A DNA stretch of 64,000 bases, taken from positions 3,360,001 to 3,424,000 of the forward strand of contig OY968796.1 in NCBI GenBank assembly GCA_963695545.1, given 5' to 3'. Numbering within the stretch: position 1 is the first letter of the stretch; each line of letters starts with the position of its first letter. The position numbers and the translations under genes are program-made. Below the pieces are notes generated by a model that was not told the DNA's origin, ran no database searches, and was given only the letters and a program-made list of their open reading frames with translations. This stretch comes from Terriglobia bacterium. GTDB lineage: Bacteria > Acidobacteriota > Terriglobia > Acidiferrales > UBA7541. This document shows positions 21,101 to 28,687 of this stretch, piece after piece.

Positions 21101-22159
21101 GGTGTCGATCACGCCGGTGCCGCAGGCCATCGGACTGGCTGTCGATTGGGTGTTGCACGGCTCGCCGTTCGTCAGGAAATTGCTGATGTCCGTGGTTCCC
21201 GGCATGTGCTGCGTGGTCGAAGCCAGGTTGCGCAGCGCCTCGCGCTGGTAGCCGGCGAAGAAAAACAGTTTGTTCTTCTTGACCGGGCCGCCGAAGGTGC
21301 CGCCGTACTGGTTGCGCTTGATCACGTCGGTCGGCGCGAGATAATTTTTCGCGTTGAACACCGGATTGCGGATGTAATCGAAGGCATCGCCGTGAAAGGC
21401 GTTGGTGCCGCTGTTGGTGATCACGTTCACCACGGCGCCGGCGTTGTTGCCATACTCGGCGGTGTAATTGCTGGTCTGCACGCTGAATTCGGCGAGCTCA
21501 TCGGGGAACGGGAACGGCTGGTTCACGCTGGTATACGTGTCCATGTAATCGCCGCCGTCGAGCAGGTAGCTGGTCTGATCGCCGCGCGTGCCGTTGGCGG
21601 AAATTGTGAGCGCGCCGGGGAAGGTTTTTTGCGGGCCCTGATCCATGCCGCCGTTCGGCGCGATCACCGCGCCGGCCACGGTGGCGGCGAGCTGCGCGAC
21701 GTTGCGGCCGTTGAGCGGGAGGTCGTTGATGCGCGCGCCTTCGACCACGGTTTTCAGCGTGGAGGTCGTAGTGTCAACCGCGAGCGCCGTCCCGGTCACC
21801 GTCACCGACTCCGATGCGGAGCCGAGCGAGAGTTGGAAATTTACGGTGAGGGACTGGTCGGCCAGCACGATGACGTCTTCGGATTCTCCCTTGAAACCCG
21901 AGGCGCTGACGCTCAGGTGATAGTTCGCCGGAGCCAGCGAAGGAAGGAGGAAAAATCCATTGGAGTCGGCCTCGGCATCGCGCTCGAAACTGGTGCCGGC
22001 TTGCGTTGCGGTCACTTTGGCGCTGGGTACCGCGCCGCCGCTGGGATCTGTGATGGTGCCGTTGATGGTGCCCAAGCCCTGGGCGTGGGTCAAGCATGGA
22101 GCCAACAACAGAAATGCGCATGCGCACAACAAACACAGCGGGCCAAAACGAGGTTTCAC
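18152..22159 (-). CDS. TonB-dependent receptor, Oar-like, with carboxypeptidase-regulatory-like N-domain
   Basis: Signal peptide, GTITDPSGGAVP, LPLNGRN, NQYGGTFGGP, PRVGFAWD, C-terminal QLSAKFTF. Confidence 0.95.
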   Translation of the reverse strand: MKPRFGPLCLLCACAFLLLAPCLTHAQGLGTINGTITDPSGGAVPSAKVTATQAGTSFERDAEADSNGFFLLPSLAPANYHLSVSASGFKGESEDVIVLADQSLTVNFQLSLGSASESVTVTGTALAVDTTTSTLKTVVEGARINDLPLNGRNVAQLAATVAGAVIAPNGGMDQGPQKTFPGALTISANGTRGDQTSYLLDGGDYMDTYTSVNQPFPFPDELAEFSVQTSNYTAEYGNNAGAVVNVITNSGTNAFHGDAFDYIRNPVFNAKNYLAPTDVIKRNQYGGTFGGPVKKNKLFFFAGYQREALRNLASTTQHMPGTTDISNFLTNGEPCNTQSTASPMACGTGVIDTAVAKMLGINATTGLPMMNPTYALAGLTSTGLANILPGVSPVACPAGSNPCASFPIPDTENYDSGMGRFDYLLTSNDKVTGRYEFDRFVRSPYTPPTELLAYTDGQTIESQNALLHETHTFSPTFLNDFRLSYSREASVRGPGTNAPDPQSFGSLLPDNVSPNAIQQMTVQNGNTGNGFSFGTNPHGTFLRSTVVTSDDISWEKGPHDIHFGGDLERSEVDLINEFNQPGLIAFCTNDAFLGLLANGSSVANSGVGAQSSANATAEGRGTFTNYLAGDMCDTGATTYGLQQGGGEFKALRTTYAGLYLQDNLRLRHNLTLNLGVRWEPANMPDEITDHRYTCINLALMAQGVRSTEFPDAPPGLLYGGDPGCPQNGMNSSYNNFEPRVGFAWDVFGDGKTSVRGGGGIFYDSRIAGVDSNRFVDEWPYSPQFVESTAAAPNESSTAGSFNDPLCTQSGTQTRLNCSGAQAASYHVNFPTFPGPYAPPKDLPICSTGGVVQAAAGCTIPYPYIPGNNLDGSFSTAKYYVPTVYSYNLTIERQLPGESLLRVAYVGLISKHNMETVNLNPTPPQAPLNPANPGTGSINTGTGVVNALLGTFCEPGTAVTYGVGITPAAAQDCAPTTSGGATTASTFIPTTALSATALLEDAFDINSDYNSLQVSYEKRATNGLTLLVNYTYAKSLDDVPFGQGDAGFDGIFSPVAINEPALCKAYVASGPCPTNETYTPNRHTLDWGPSDFDTRHVLNGSFVYKTPALHGSSEVMRLLAGGWELTGIVSAASGRPFTAIENANNISGNTLGSERGTLCGQGLVVNSATNDGLYDSCVAGLSPYNNVSACTGVSTNCNSLLDAQAFEPFTVCNVPLTGTTCASGHAVNNPAIFGTLGTIGKNTFRMPFTYNWDISFAKTFAVTERYGLTLRVDYLNVFNRVNFAPTYTATNGANNSTANFGGVNQLNSSSFGALDGSSGVKAADPRVAQLSAKFTF

Positions 22160-22810
22160 ATTGCCTCCTGGTGTCTACCTAGACTCTCCCGCGTTGCCGC
22201 GGGGCCGTGAGCGTCCTACCTGGCGCTTACGGCGAACCTACTGCCGGTCGCATCGCCACGCTGCTTTCGCGCGTTACGCACCCAAGCGAGCGCATCCACG
22301 CATCAGCGACTGCGTCCAGCACCTTTCGAACGTGTTTCGGGGCCCGGTGCTTCTCTGCCGACTGGTTATGAGACAAAAAAACTGGAATAAAAATAAAACG
22401 TGTAAGCGATTTGAAATCCCTTTACGTGTACGTGCACGCAGCGCACACCCACGCTTCCTTGGCGCGAACTATATTCAAAGATTAAAACTTGTCAAGCACA
22501 AATTTAATGCCGGCATCGGCAATGGGCGTCCTGCTGTGCCAATCGGGTACGGGTTCTTCCGAGGGAGTTCGAGCGAGTTCGCGCAGAGAGCCACGGATCA
22601 CGATCAAGCCACCACCTCCGGCCTGAACGCCGCACACACCCCAGAACCGCATTCCCACCCCGTTAAGGAACCGAGCATCCGATACCGTGGGCAGGTTTTC
22701 GCACTTCGCGACCTGCATAGTCAAGCTTGAATATCTGTACGAAGCGTTTAGAATAACTGAACGATCGCGGCGGCCCCATTTGCGCTCGGGGGCGGCGTCG
22801 AAAAACCATC

Positions 22811-23704
22811 ATGGATATCCGCCAGCTCGAGCTGTTCCTCGCCGTCGTGGATGAATCCGGAGTGACTCCGGCAGCCAGAAAGCTGAATCTTTCGCCCGGC
22901 GCCGTGAGCATGCAGATTCGAAACCTTTCGTCGGACGCCGGAACGGAATTGTTTGTTCGCGTGGGAAGGCGCTTGAAGCCCACGCCCGCGGCGCTGCGCC
23001 TGGCCGAGCGCGCGCGCGCGGTGGTCAAGCAGATGGAGCAGATTCAGAGCGATTTCAAGGACAACCCGCGGAGCGATAGCAAGCCATTCTGCTTCGGCGT
23101 GGGCAGCACCACGCTGGTCTACCGGCTGGGCGGACCGCTGCGCAATTTGCGCCGGCAATTTCCGCATTGCGATTTCAATGTGTCCGTGGGGCCGTCGGAA
23201 AAAATCGTGGCGGGATTGCTCGACCGGCAGATGGATCTCGGCCTGATTTCGCTGCCGATCGGCGAAGGGCAACTGGAGATCACGCCGCTTTACGATGAGG
23301 AGTTGCTGCTGATCCGGCCGTCAACCGCGCCGGTGCGCGGCGGAGCGATCCGCTCGATCGCTCCGGAGGATTTGGAGGGCGTGCCGTTTCTGCTCTATCC
23401 GAAACACAACAACATCATACGATTGAAAATCGATCGATTTCTCAGCGAGGTCGGCGTCACGCCGCGCGTGGTGCTCGAAGCCGACGATACCGAAACCATC
23501 AAGCGGCTGGTGGAATCCGGATTCGGATATTCGATTCTGCCGGAGTGCGCCGTGCTCGGTCAGCGCAGATTTTTTCACGTGCATCGCATCGGCCACAAAC
23601 GTTTGATCCGCAAACAGGCGCTGGCCGCGCCGCGCTCGGAATTTCCGCGCAAACTCACCCTGGCCATCGCGAATTTTCTGCAAACCGAGCTGCGCGATAC
23701 CTGA
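22811..23704 (+). CDS. LysR-family transcriptional regulator (paralogue 2)
   Basis: LysR HTH. Long blocks identical to 16032..16958 (TTLVYRLG, IKRLVESGFGYSILPE). Divergent from the TBDR. Confidence 0.93.
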   Translation: MDIRQLELFLAVVDESGVTPAARKLNLSPGAVSMQIRNLSSDAGTELFVRVGRRLKPTPAALRLAERARAVVKQMEQIQSDFKDNPRSDSKPFCFGVGSTTLVYRLGGPLRNLRRQFPHCDFNVSVGPSEKIVAGLLDRQMDLGLISLPIGEGQLEITPLYDEELLLIRPSTAPVRGGAIRSIAPEDLEGVPFLLYPKHNNIIRLKIDRFLSEVGVTPRVVLEADDTETIKRLVESGFGYSILPECAVLGQRRFFHVHRIGHKRLIRKQALAAPRSEFPRKLTLAIANFLQTELRDT

Positions 23705-23770
23705 TCGCGCACAACCGCGGCGCGCGTCGCGCGATGAGGCCGGCGATCGCGATTCGCGCGTCGCGCAATT

Positions 23771-24412
23771 TCAATCAAAGGAATAAGGCGACGTGCGGGA
23801 TGTACTGCGGCGTGTGGACGCCGATGCGTCCATGTCCAGCGAATCGGCGGCTTCGTTGTCGGAGGAATAGAGAGGGCGGCGCGTGGGTTTGCGCAGAGGA
23901 TATTCGCGGCCGCGCAGATTCGTCGCGGCGCATTGGCGGCAAACGGCTTTGCCGCATTTTTCGATTTCGGCTGCGCGGTCGCACATTCTGAAATAAAAAC
24001 ATGACGGCGGCGCGGCGCTCGGCGCGGTGCGCATGGCTTCAATCGACTGCGCGAGGCGCAATGCTTGAATCGTCTGCGCGGTGCCCGTCGCTTCAATTGG
24101 CTGCGCGCTGCGCAGTGCTTCGCCGCGCTGCGCGAAGCGCGTTGCTTCAATCGGCCGCGCGGTGCGCAATGCCTTAATTGACTGCGCGGAGCGCGCCGAT
24201 TTGCCGGACTGCGCGGAGCGCATTGCCTTAATCGTCTGCGCGGAACGCGTTGATCTGGTCGGATGGGATCGGCGGACGGCTTTGGGCGAGGGCTTCTTCT
24301 TGGCGGGAGGACGTCGCGGCGGGATTACGGTGGCGCGGCGTTTGAGCAGGCGGGCAATTCTCTTCTGGGCGGGGACGCTTCGCGGACTACGGCGGCGGGA
24401 TCGCGCGGGCAA
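23771..24412 (-). CDS. basic hypothetical protein with 9-aa repeats and Cys-rich segment
   Basis: 27-bp repeat (RSAQSIKAL-like, about 8 copies) then C..C..C..CxxC. Directly follows 24434..25225. Confidence 0.45.
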   Translation of the reverse strand: MPARSRRRSPRSVPAQKRIARLLKRRATVIPPRRPPAKKKPSPKAVRRSHPTRSTRSAQTIKAMRSAQSGKSARSAQSIKALRTARPIEATRFAQRGEALRSAQPIEATGTAQTIQALRLAQSIEAMRTAPSAAPPSCFYFRMCDRAAEIEKCGKAVCRQCAATNLRGREYPLRKPTRRPLYSSDNEAADSLDMDASASTRRSTSRTSPYSFD

Positions 24413-24433
24413 TTTGGAATTTCCGGGAATCTC

Positions 24434-25225
24434 TTAATGATGCGCGGCGACGGCGCCGACTACGGCCCCGGTGGCCGCGCCGATCGCGAACCATTTCGCG
24501 CCGCGGCGCAGGCGCGTCCAGAAGCTTCCGCCCTTCGCGCTTGTGACGGCGGCGTCGCGCTGTTGCGTGAGCGCGGTGACCTGCGTCTGCGCGTCGGCCA
24601 AATCTTTTTTCGCGGTGTCGCGGTCGAGCGTGGTCGCCTGGCAATTCTCGAAATAATCGTAGAGCGGCTGGAGATCGGCCTGCGGAATGTTCGCGACGAT
24701 CGGAGCGAGGTTGCTCGGGACTGCGGCGCTCGCGCTCGCGCCAGCGGCGCCCGCGCTGACGCCGGGCGCGGCGGGAAGGCTCGCGCCGTTTTGCGCCGCA
24801 GATTGGGCGTTAGCGGAATTGCTCGCCCTGGTATTCGCGCCGGCGCTCGCAGGCTGATTCCCTGCCCCGCCGGCCTGCGCGTTGGCCGAACTTGGCGCTG
24901 ACGGTGAAATCGTGATCGGTTGCGGCAGCGGCGGCAGCGCCGACGGCAGCGCGGCGAGCGCTTGCTGCGGCGTCTGAACTTTTTTCTCGAGCGCGGCGAT
25001 TTGCGCGAGCTGCGTCGCGAGTTGCGCGTCGCGCGCTTTTTCGCTGGCTGCGGCCGCGTCGAGATGTTTCTGCGATGCCGCGAGCGTGGCCGAAAGCGCC
25101 GCGGCGCTGCGATGCGCCGCAAACCACGCGTGCGCGATCAGCGCCGCAGCGATCAGCAGCGCGACAAGCGCGACCGCGCGCCAATGTTTCCAGGCGAGTT
25201 CGTCGAGTGAGAGGGGAATTGACAT
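24434..25225 (-). CDS. membrane-anchored coiled-coil protein, possible spanin-like lysis accessory
   Basis: N-terminal TM, coiled coil, Pro/Ala linker, second coil and C-terminal hydrophobic helix. Lies downstream of the endolysin. Confidence 0.6.
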   Translation of the reverse strand: MSIPLSLDELAWKHWRAVALVALLIAAALIAHAWFAAHRSAAALSATLAASQKHLDAAAASEKARDAQLATQLAQIAALEKKVQTPQQALAALPSALPPLPQPITISPSAPSSANAQAGGAGNQPASAGANTRASNSANAQSAAQNGASLPAAPGVSAGAAGASASAAVPSNLAPIVANIPQADLQPLYDYFENCQATTLDRDTAKKDLADAQTQVTALTQQRDAAVTSAKGGSFWTRLRRGAKWFAIGAATGAVVGAVAAHH

Positions 25226-25306
25226 ATAGGTCAGCGCATCTCGTCGCGCTAGACGGTCAGAATGCCCGCGGTAAGAGCGTGGAGATGGAGCATCGGCAAT
25301 TCAGAG

Positions 25307-25624
25307 TTAGGACTTTGTTGGTTTCTGAGTTGATCGCGATTGCGGGGAACTGGACTGTGATTCTACGGCGATGATTTTCTTGTTTTTCAGGATTTCGATG
25401 TAGTCATCGAGTGACACGTCACACCTGATCAGACCCGCCAATTGCTTCTCGTTGAGTTTCAGTTGCTGTCTGATCAGATTCCCGGGCTGTTCTTTATTTC
25501 CCTGTGAGCGTTTTGTGCGGACCACCGTCTGACCGCCATATTCAAACCAAGCGAGTCGGTCTCCGCTGTTACGTACCTTGAGTCCTAACTTGTTTACGAT
25601 TTTCTCAAATTCATGGACTTTCAT
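25307..25624 (-). CDS. HicA-like putative toxin
   Basis: Small basic alpha-beta-beta-beta-alpha pattern (FEKIVNKLGL..SGDRLAWF..IRQQLKL). The canonical HicA His is not evident. Confidence 0.5.
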   Translation of the reverse strand: MKVHEFEKIVNKLGLKVRNSGDRLAWFEYGGQTVVRTKRSQGNKEQPGNLIRQQLKLNEKQLAGLIRCDVSLDDYIEILKNKKIIAVESQSSSPQSRSTQKPTKS

Positions 25625-26045
25625 GGGGCCGCCGCACGACATGCTCTTTCAATACACCCCAGACTTTGGCTAAGTCCGGCCCGAGGCGCGGTTCCTCTGC
25701 CTCCAGTGAAACGTAGAGTTCAGCGATCGTATGTCCGAGATCATCGCAAGCCGAGGAATTCGACTTGCCGGTTCCAAATTCGTCCACCTGCCTCCACGAC
25801 GCGATAGCAGTGGCTCCGCGTCGGTCCAGATCGACGGGGATCGGCTTAATCACTCGAAACTCGCATCGACTGATCGTCCCGAGGAGGATCTGCTTCGGGC
25901 CGCGTTCCCGTCTGCGAATATGAACTTTAATTCTTTGGATAACGTCGTGAAGCACCACTGCCTGTGGGACATCGGGCGGTGGCACAAATTTGGGCGCAGG
26001 CTGCTCAAGATTTTGATTTACAAGGTATTGGGGCATAGCGGCCAT
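25611..26045 (-). CDS. HicB-like putative antitoxin
   Basis: C-terminal half FGTGKSNSSACDDLGHTIAELYVSL resembles the HicB G.T..EA..N fold. Overlaps the downstream gene by 14 nt. Confidence 0.5.
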   Translation of the reverse strand: MAAMPQYLVNQNLEQPAPKFVPPPDVPQAVVLHDVIQRIKVHIRRRERGPKQILLGTISRCEFRVIKPIPVDLDRRGATAIASWRQVDEFGTGKSNSSACDDLGHTIAELYVSLEAEEPRLGPDLAKVWGVLKEHVVRRPHESP

Positions 26046-26048
26046 ACT

Positions 26049-26480
26049 CTAGTTACCTCGTATCAGCCCTAGGGGCGGAATCTGAAGCTTGTCGGCCCTG
26101 ACGAGAGCCCGGCCGAGAAAGACGTCGTTTGCATACAGCTGGAACTCATAAGTCCCGAATTCGGCTATGGGGATGCCGGCGAAATTGAACGCCAATTCCA
26201 TCGGATCGTCTGGCTTGGCCCATTGCGCGTCCACCCTTATCTCCACGACAGGAGATTCGTCCCTGAGATTCACCAGTCGAACCCGAAGGTTGTACGTCCC
26301 AGAACCCTCAACCAATTTCGCATACAGGCCTAGGCTGTTTATCGGAAACGGAACGGCCGGAGACTGAACTCGATCAAAAACTCCCACAAGCGTTCGTTTT
26401 TGAGTCGCAGCGTCTTGTATCACCGTGTCGCAAACGATGATCGCCAAAACTGTCGGAATGGGGCTGGATTCAGCCATCAA
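26049..26480 (-). CDS. DUF6941-like beta-sandwich protein
   Basis: AIIVCD.VI.D..T.K.TLVGVFD, FGTYEFQLYAND. Confidence 0.65.
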   Translation of the reverse strand: MMAESSPIPTVLAIIVCDTVIQDAATQKRTLVGVFDRVQSPAVPFPINSLGLYAKLVEGSGTYNLRVRLVNLRDESPVVEIRVDAQWAKPDDPMELAFNFAGIPIAEFGTYEFQLYANDVFLGRALVRADKLQIPPLGLIRGN

Positions 26481-26665
26481 GCAATATCTAGGACATCATC
26501 AGCCGGAATGTTCGTGAAAGCAAGGGGGCACGCGGTTACAGTACGCCCGATCCGCAGGTTTCGCCTCCTCTTCGCTCCCGTGGCGCGCGCGATAAGACCA
26601 GCTAGTTGTCTGCGGCGCGCGCTCTTGTGTGTTAATCAAGGTAAAGGCCCATCCGCGCGGCGATT

Positions 26666-27109
26666 TCATTTGTAATGCGCGACGCGAGACAAAACCTCGG
26701 CGGGATAATCGCGATTGGCGCCGCCGTTCCAGGCGAGCAGGGCGCGCGTCGCGTCGCCGGCGGCGGCGTCGAATTTCGCGCGCAATTGGCGGCAGCCGAA
26801 TTCGAGGCCAGTGGCGGGATCGCAGAGTTCGGCGAGCGACGCGGCTTCGCAGCCGAGCTCGCGCGCCACCTGGCCCATCAGCTGCATCAGGCCCCAGGAG
26901 ATCGAGCGCGTGTAGGCCTCGGTGGCGGAAATTTTGCCGGCGTTGTAGAGCGGGGCGATGTAGCGCGCGAGAAAACCCGGCTCATAGCGCACGGCCCACG
27001 GATTCCAGGCCGATTCCTGTTCGACGACCGCGCAGACCAGCGGCGGATCGAGTTTGTGCGCGACCGCGGCAACGCGAGCGAGCGCGATGAGTGCGGGCGG
27101 TGCGGACAC
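26666..27109 (-). CDS. soluble lytic transglycosylase (SLT) endolysin
   Basis: AVVEQES.WN.WA, SWGLMQ and ALLAWNGG motifs. Confidence 0.9.
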   Translation of the reverse strand: MSAPPALIALARVAAVAHKLDPPLVCAVVEQESAWNPWAVRYEPGFLARYIAPLYNAGKISATEAYTRSISWGLMQLMGQVARELGCEAASLAELCDPATGLEFGCRQLRAKFDAAAGDATRALLAWNGGANRDYPAEVLSRVAHYK

Positions 27110-27192
27110 TGAATATCTGAAGGGTGAAAATGGGATCGACGGCGCAGCGTCTATGGGCGGAAATCCAAGAGAAACAGAACGGGCGGCACCGT

Positions 27193-27229
27193 AAAAAAGA
27201 AAGGACTCGACCGAAGCCGAGTCCTTTCT
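27193..27229 (-). terminator. intrinsic terminator
   Basis: 14-bp stem AGAAAGGACTCGGC/GTCGAGTCCTTTCT with cUUCGg loop followed by a U tract. Confidence 0.9.
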
Positions 27230-27251
27230 AAGAATCTGTCCTTGCCAAGGT
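27193..27251 (-). ncRNA. predicted ~59-nt sRNA antisense to the adjacent tRNA's anticodon arm
   Basis: Starts 7 nt after a -10 box. First 14 nt ACCUUGGCAAGGAC are the exact reverse complement of tRNA nt 27377-27364. Ends in an intrinsic terminator. Confidence 0.65.
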
Positions 27252-27257
27252 AAGAAC

Positions 27258-27286
27258 AGATTAACCGAAACAGCCTAGGCTGTCAA
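27258..27286 (-). promoter_or_regulatory. sigma70 promoter for the sRNA
   Basis: TTGACA (27286-27281), 17 nt, TAATCT (27263-27258). Overlapped by the perfect palindrome ACAGCCTAGGCTGT (27270-27283). Confidence 0.7.
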
Positions 27287-27332
27287 GATAACTTCCTACG
27301 CATATCCCTTTTTGCATAGGCCATGCAACCGC

Positions 27333-27404
27333 TGGACGCGACGGGGCTCGAACCCGCAACCCGACCTTGGCAAGGACGTGTGTTCCCAATTACACCACGC
27401 GCCC
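27333..27404 (-). tRNA. atypical tRNA, anticodon GCC (Gly) with alanine-type acceptor stem; CCA not encoded
   Basis: Hand-folded cloverleaf GGGCGCG TG GTGT AATTGGGA ACAC A CGTCC TTGCCAA GGTCG GGTT GCGGG TTCGAGC CCCGT CGCGTCC A. Confidence 0.85.
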
Positions 27405-27513
27405 ACGTGTACTACTAACATATCTATCCGTGTCTGACAACACATGGATCGATGGTCCAAGGCTGCGCCACCTGTGAATCGGACCAAAGCGGAAGTCAAA
27501 ACCGCGCACTGTG

Positions 27514-27759
27514 TCAATCGCGGCGCTTGGTGTCGGTCAGGTCGATGAAGCCGATCGCGGGGGGATCCTCGAGATGAATGCCGAGATGATCGGCGATCTG
27601 GCGCAGCGCGTGGTGCAGGTGTGGCAGATGGATCAGCGCCATGGCGGTGACAAAAGTGCGGCGGATTTCATCGTCGCGCATGCGTCGATGCAGCCAACGC
27701 ACGAACAGCGTGAATTGCGCCAGAATCGCGAATGCGACGACGACCCAGTAGGGGTTCAT
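27514..27759 (-). CDS. small single-TM protein (holin candidate)
   Basis: GGAGG RBS, N-terminal TM. Last gene before the endolysin if the tRNA insert is removed. Confidence 0.6.
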   Translation of the reverse strand: MNPYWVVVAFAILAQFTLFVRWLHRRMRDDEIRRTFVTAMALIHLPHLHHALRQIADHLGIHLEDPPAIGFIDLTDTKRRD

Positions 27760-27924
27760 GTCGTCCTCCGAACTGATCTGGCGTGGGGCGGAGCGAGCCG
27801 GCGCGGTTTCGTGGCGCGTGCCGCTCGCGCACCCTGCGATCTTTCGCGCGCACAGATTTCGAGCGAAAGTCCTCGGTCAGAGGAGCTTTCGCGGTAAACA
27901 AGTCAAATTTAATTTACGTGCTTG

Positions 27925-28479
27925 TCAGATGGCACCGCCGATGCCGGCGGTTAGGCCGTTCGGGCCGATGCCGAGATTGAAACTGTTGCTGGGAGCGGCG
28001 GCGCGTTGCTGAACGCCCAAAATATCGCTGGGGATGCCGAGCGCGCGGCCGAGCAGGCCGGAATTTGTGCCGTACAAACCAGCGAGACCTTGCAGCGCGG
28101 CGAGCTGATCGGATTGCTGTTTATTCGCGAATGCGATCTGCGCATTTTGCGCGACGGTGGCGGCGCTGGTGCCATAATTCCGCGAGAGCGCGTCGAGCGT
28201 GCTGTTGTAGCCGGCGTTGTTGTTGGTGGCGGCGGCGCGCGTGGCGGCGTTGTTCATCAGCGAATCGAACGTGCTGCCGAGCGCGCCCATGGCTTGCCCG
28301 GTGATCGCGGATTGCTGCGCCGCGGTGTAGCCGGGATTGTTCAGCAGATTCTGATAGCCCGGCAGCAGCTGGCTATAGAGCGAAGAATTCTGGCTGGTGA
28401 GATTTTGATTGATCGCGTTCTGCGTGGCGAGTTGCTGATTGGTCGCCTGGACCGTTTGCCCTTCTGAGCCGCGTCCCAT
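27925..28479 (-). CDS. putative internal virion / DNA ejection protein
   Basis: GGAGGT RBS. Q/N/A/G-rich helical composition, located after the nozzle-like genes. Confidence 0.55.
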   Translation of the reverse strand: MGRGSEGQTVQATNQQLATQNAINQNLTSQNSSLYSQLLPGYQNLLNNPGYTAAQQSAITGQAMGALGSTFDSLMNNAATRAAATNNNAGYNSTLDALSRNYGTSAATVAQNAQIAFANKQQSDQLAALQGLAGLYGTNSGLLGRALGIPSDILGVQQRAAAPSNSFNLGIGPNGLTAGIGGAI

Positions 28480-28550
28480 GTGAAGACACCTCCGTGGAAT
28501 GAATTCGAGATTTGAGTGGCGGCGCGCGTGATTCGCGCGATGTGTTTTTT

Positions 28551-28621
28551 GTAGCGGAGGCCTTTAGGCCTCCATCTGGGGCGTGCGTGGAAAAGGCTGG
28601 AGGCCTAAAGGCCTCCGCTAC
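28551..28621. repeat. REP family A inverted pair (GTAGCGGAGGCCTTTAGGCCTCC)
   Basis: GTAG-headed palindrome. Also at ~15516, 33817/33871, 34747/34796 (variant), 35575, 36259, 38235/38283, 44050/44121, 46215, 48770 and 49529. Confidence 0.9.
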
Positions 28622-28687
28622 ATAACCCGTGCTACAGAGCCGCGGCCGCGAGCCTCGGCGATGCGCGCTCCGCAAACGAAGCGTGCG

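Noticed and set aside
18248..22210. Long plus-strand ORFs (458 and 842 aa)
   Set aside because: Antisense shadows of the TonB-dependent receptor in GC-rich DNA.
22398..22416. LacI-type operator upstream of the TBDR (TGTAAGCGATTTGAAA)
   Set aside because: Only a partial palindrome, and no LacI regulator is in the window.
27333..27404. tRNA as prophage integration site (attL/attR)
   Set aside because: It lies inside the cluster, no duplicate of its 3' end was seen, and no integrase is present.
27333..27404. Ordinary tRNA-Gly ending U73-CCA
   Set aside because: Reading TCCA as discriminator plus CCA leaves only 4 nt for the acceptor 3' strand. The 7-bp stem pairs only in the A73 register.
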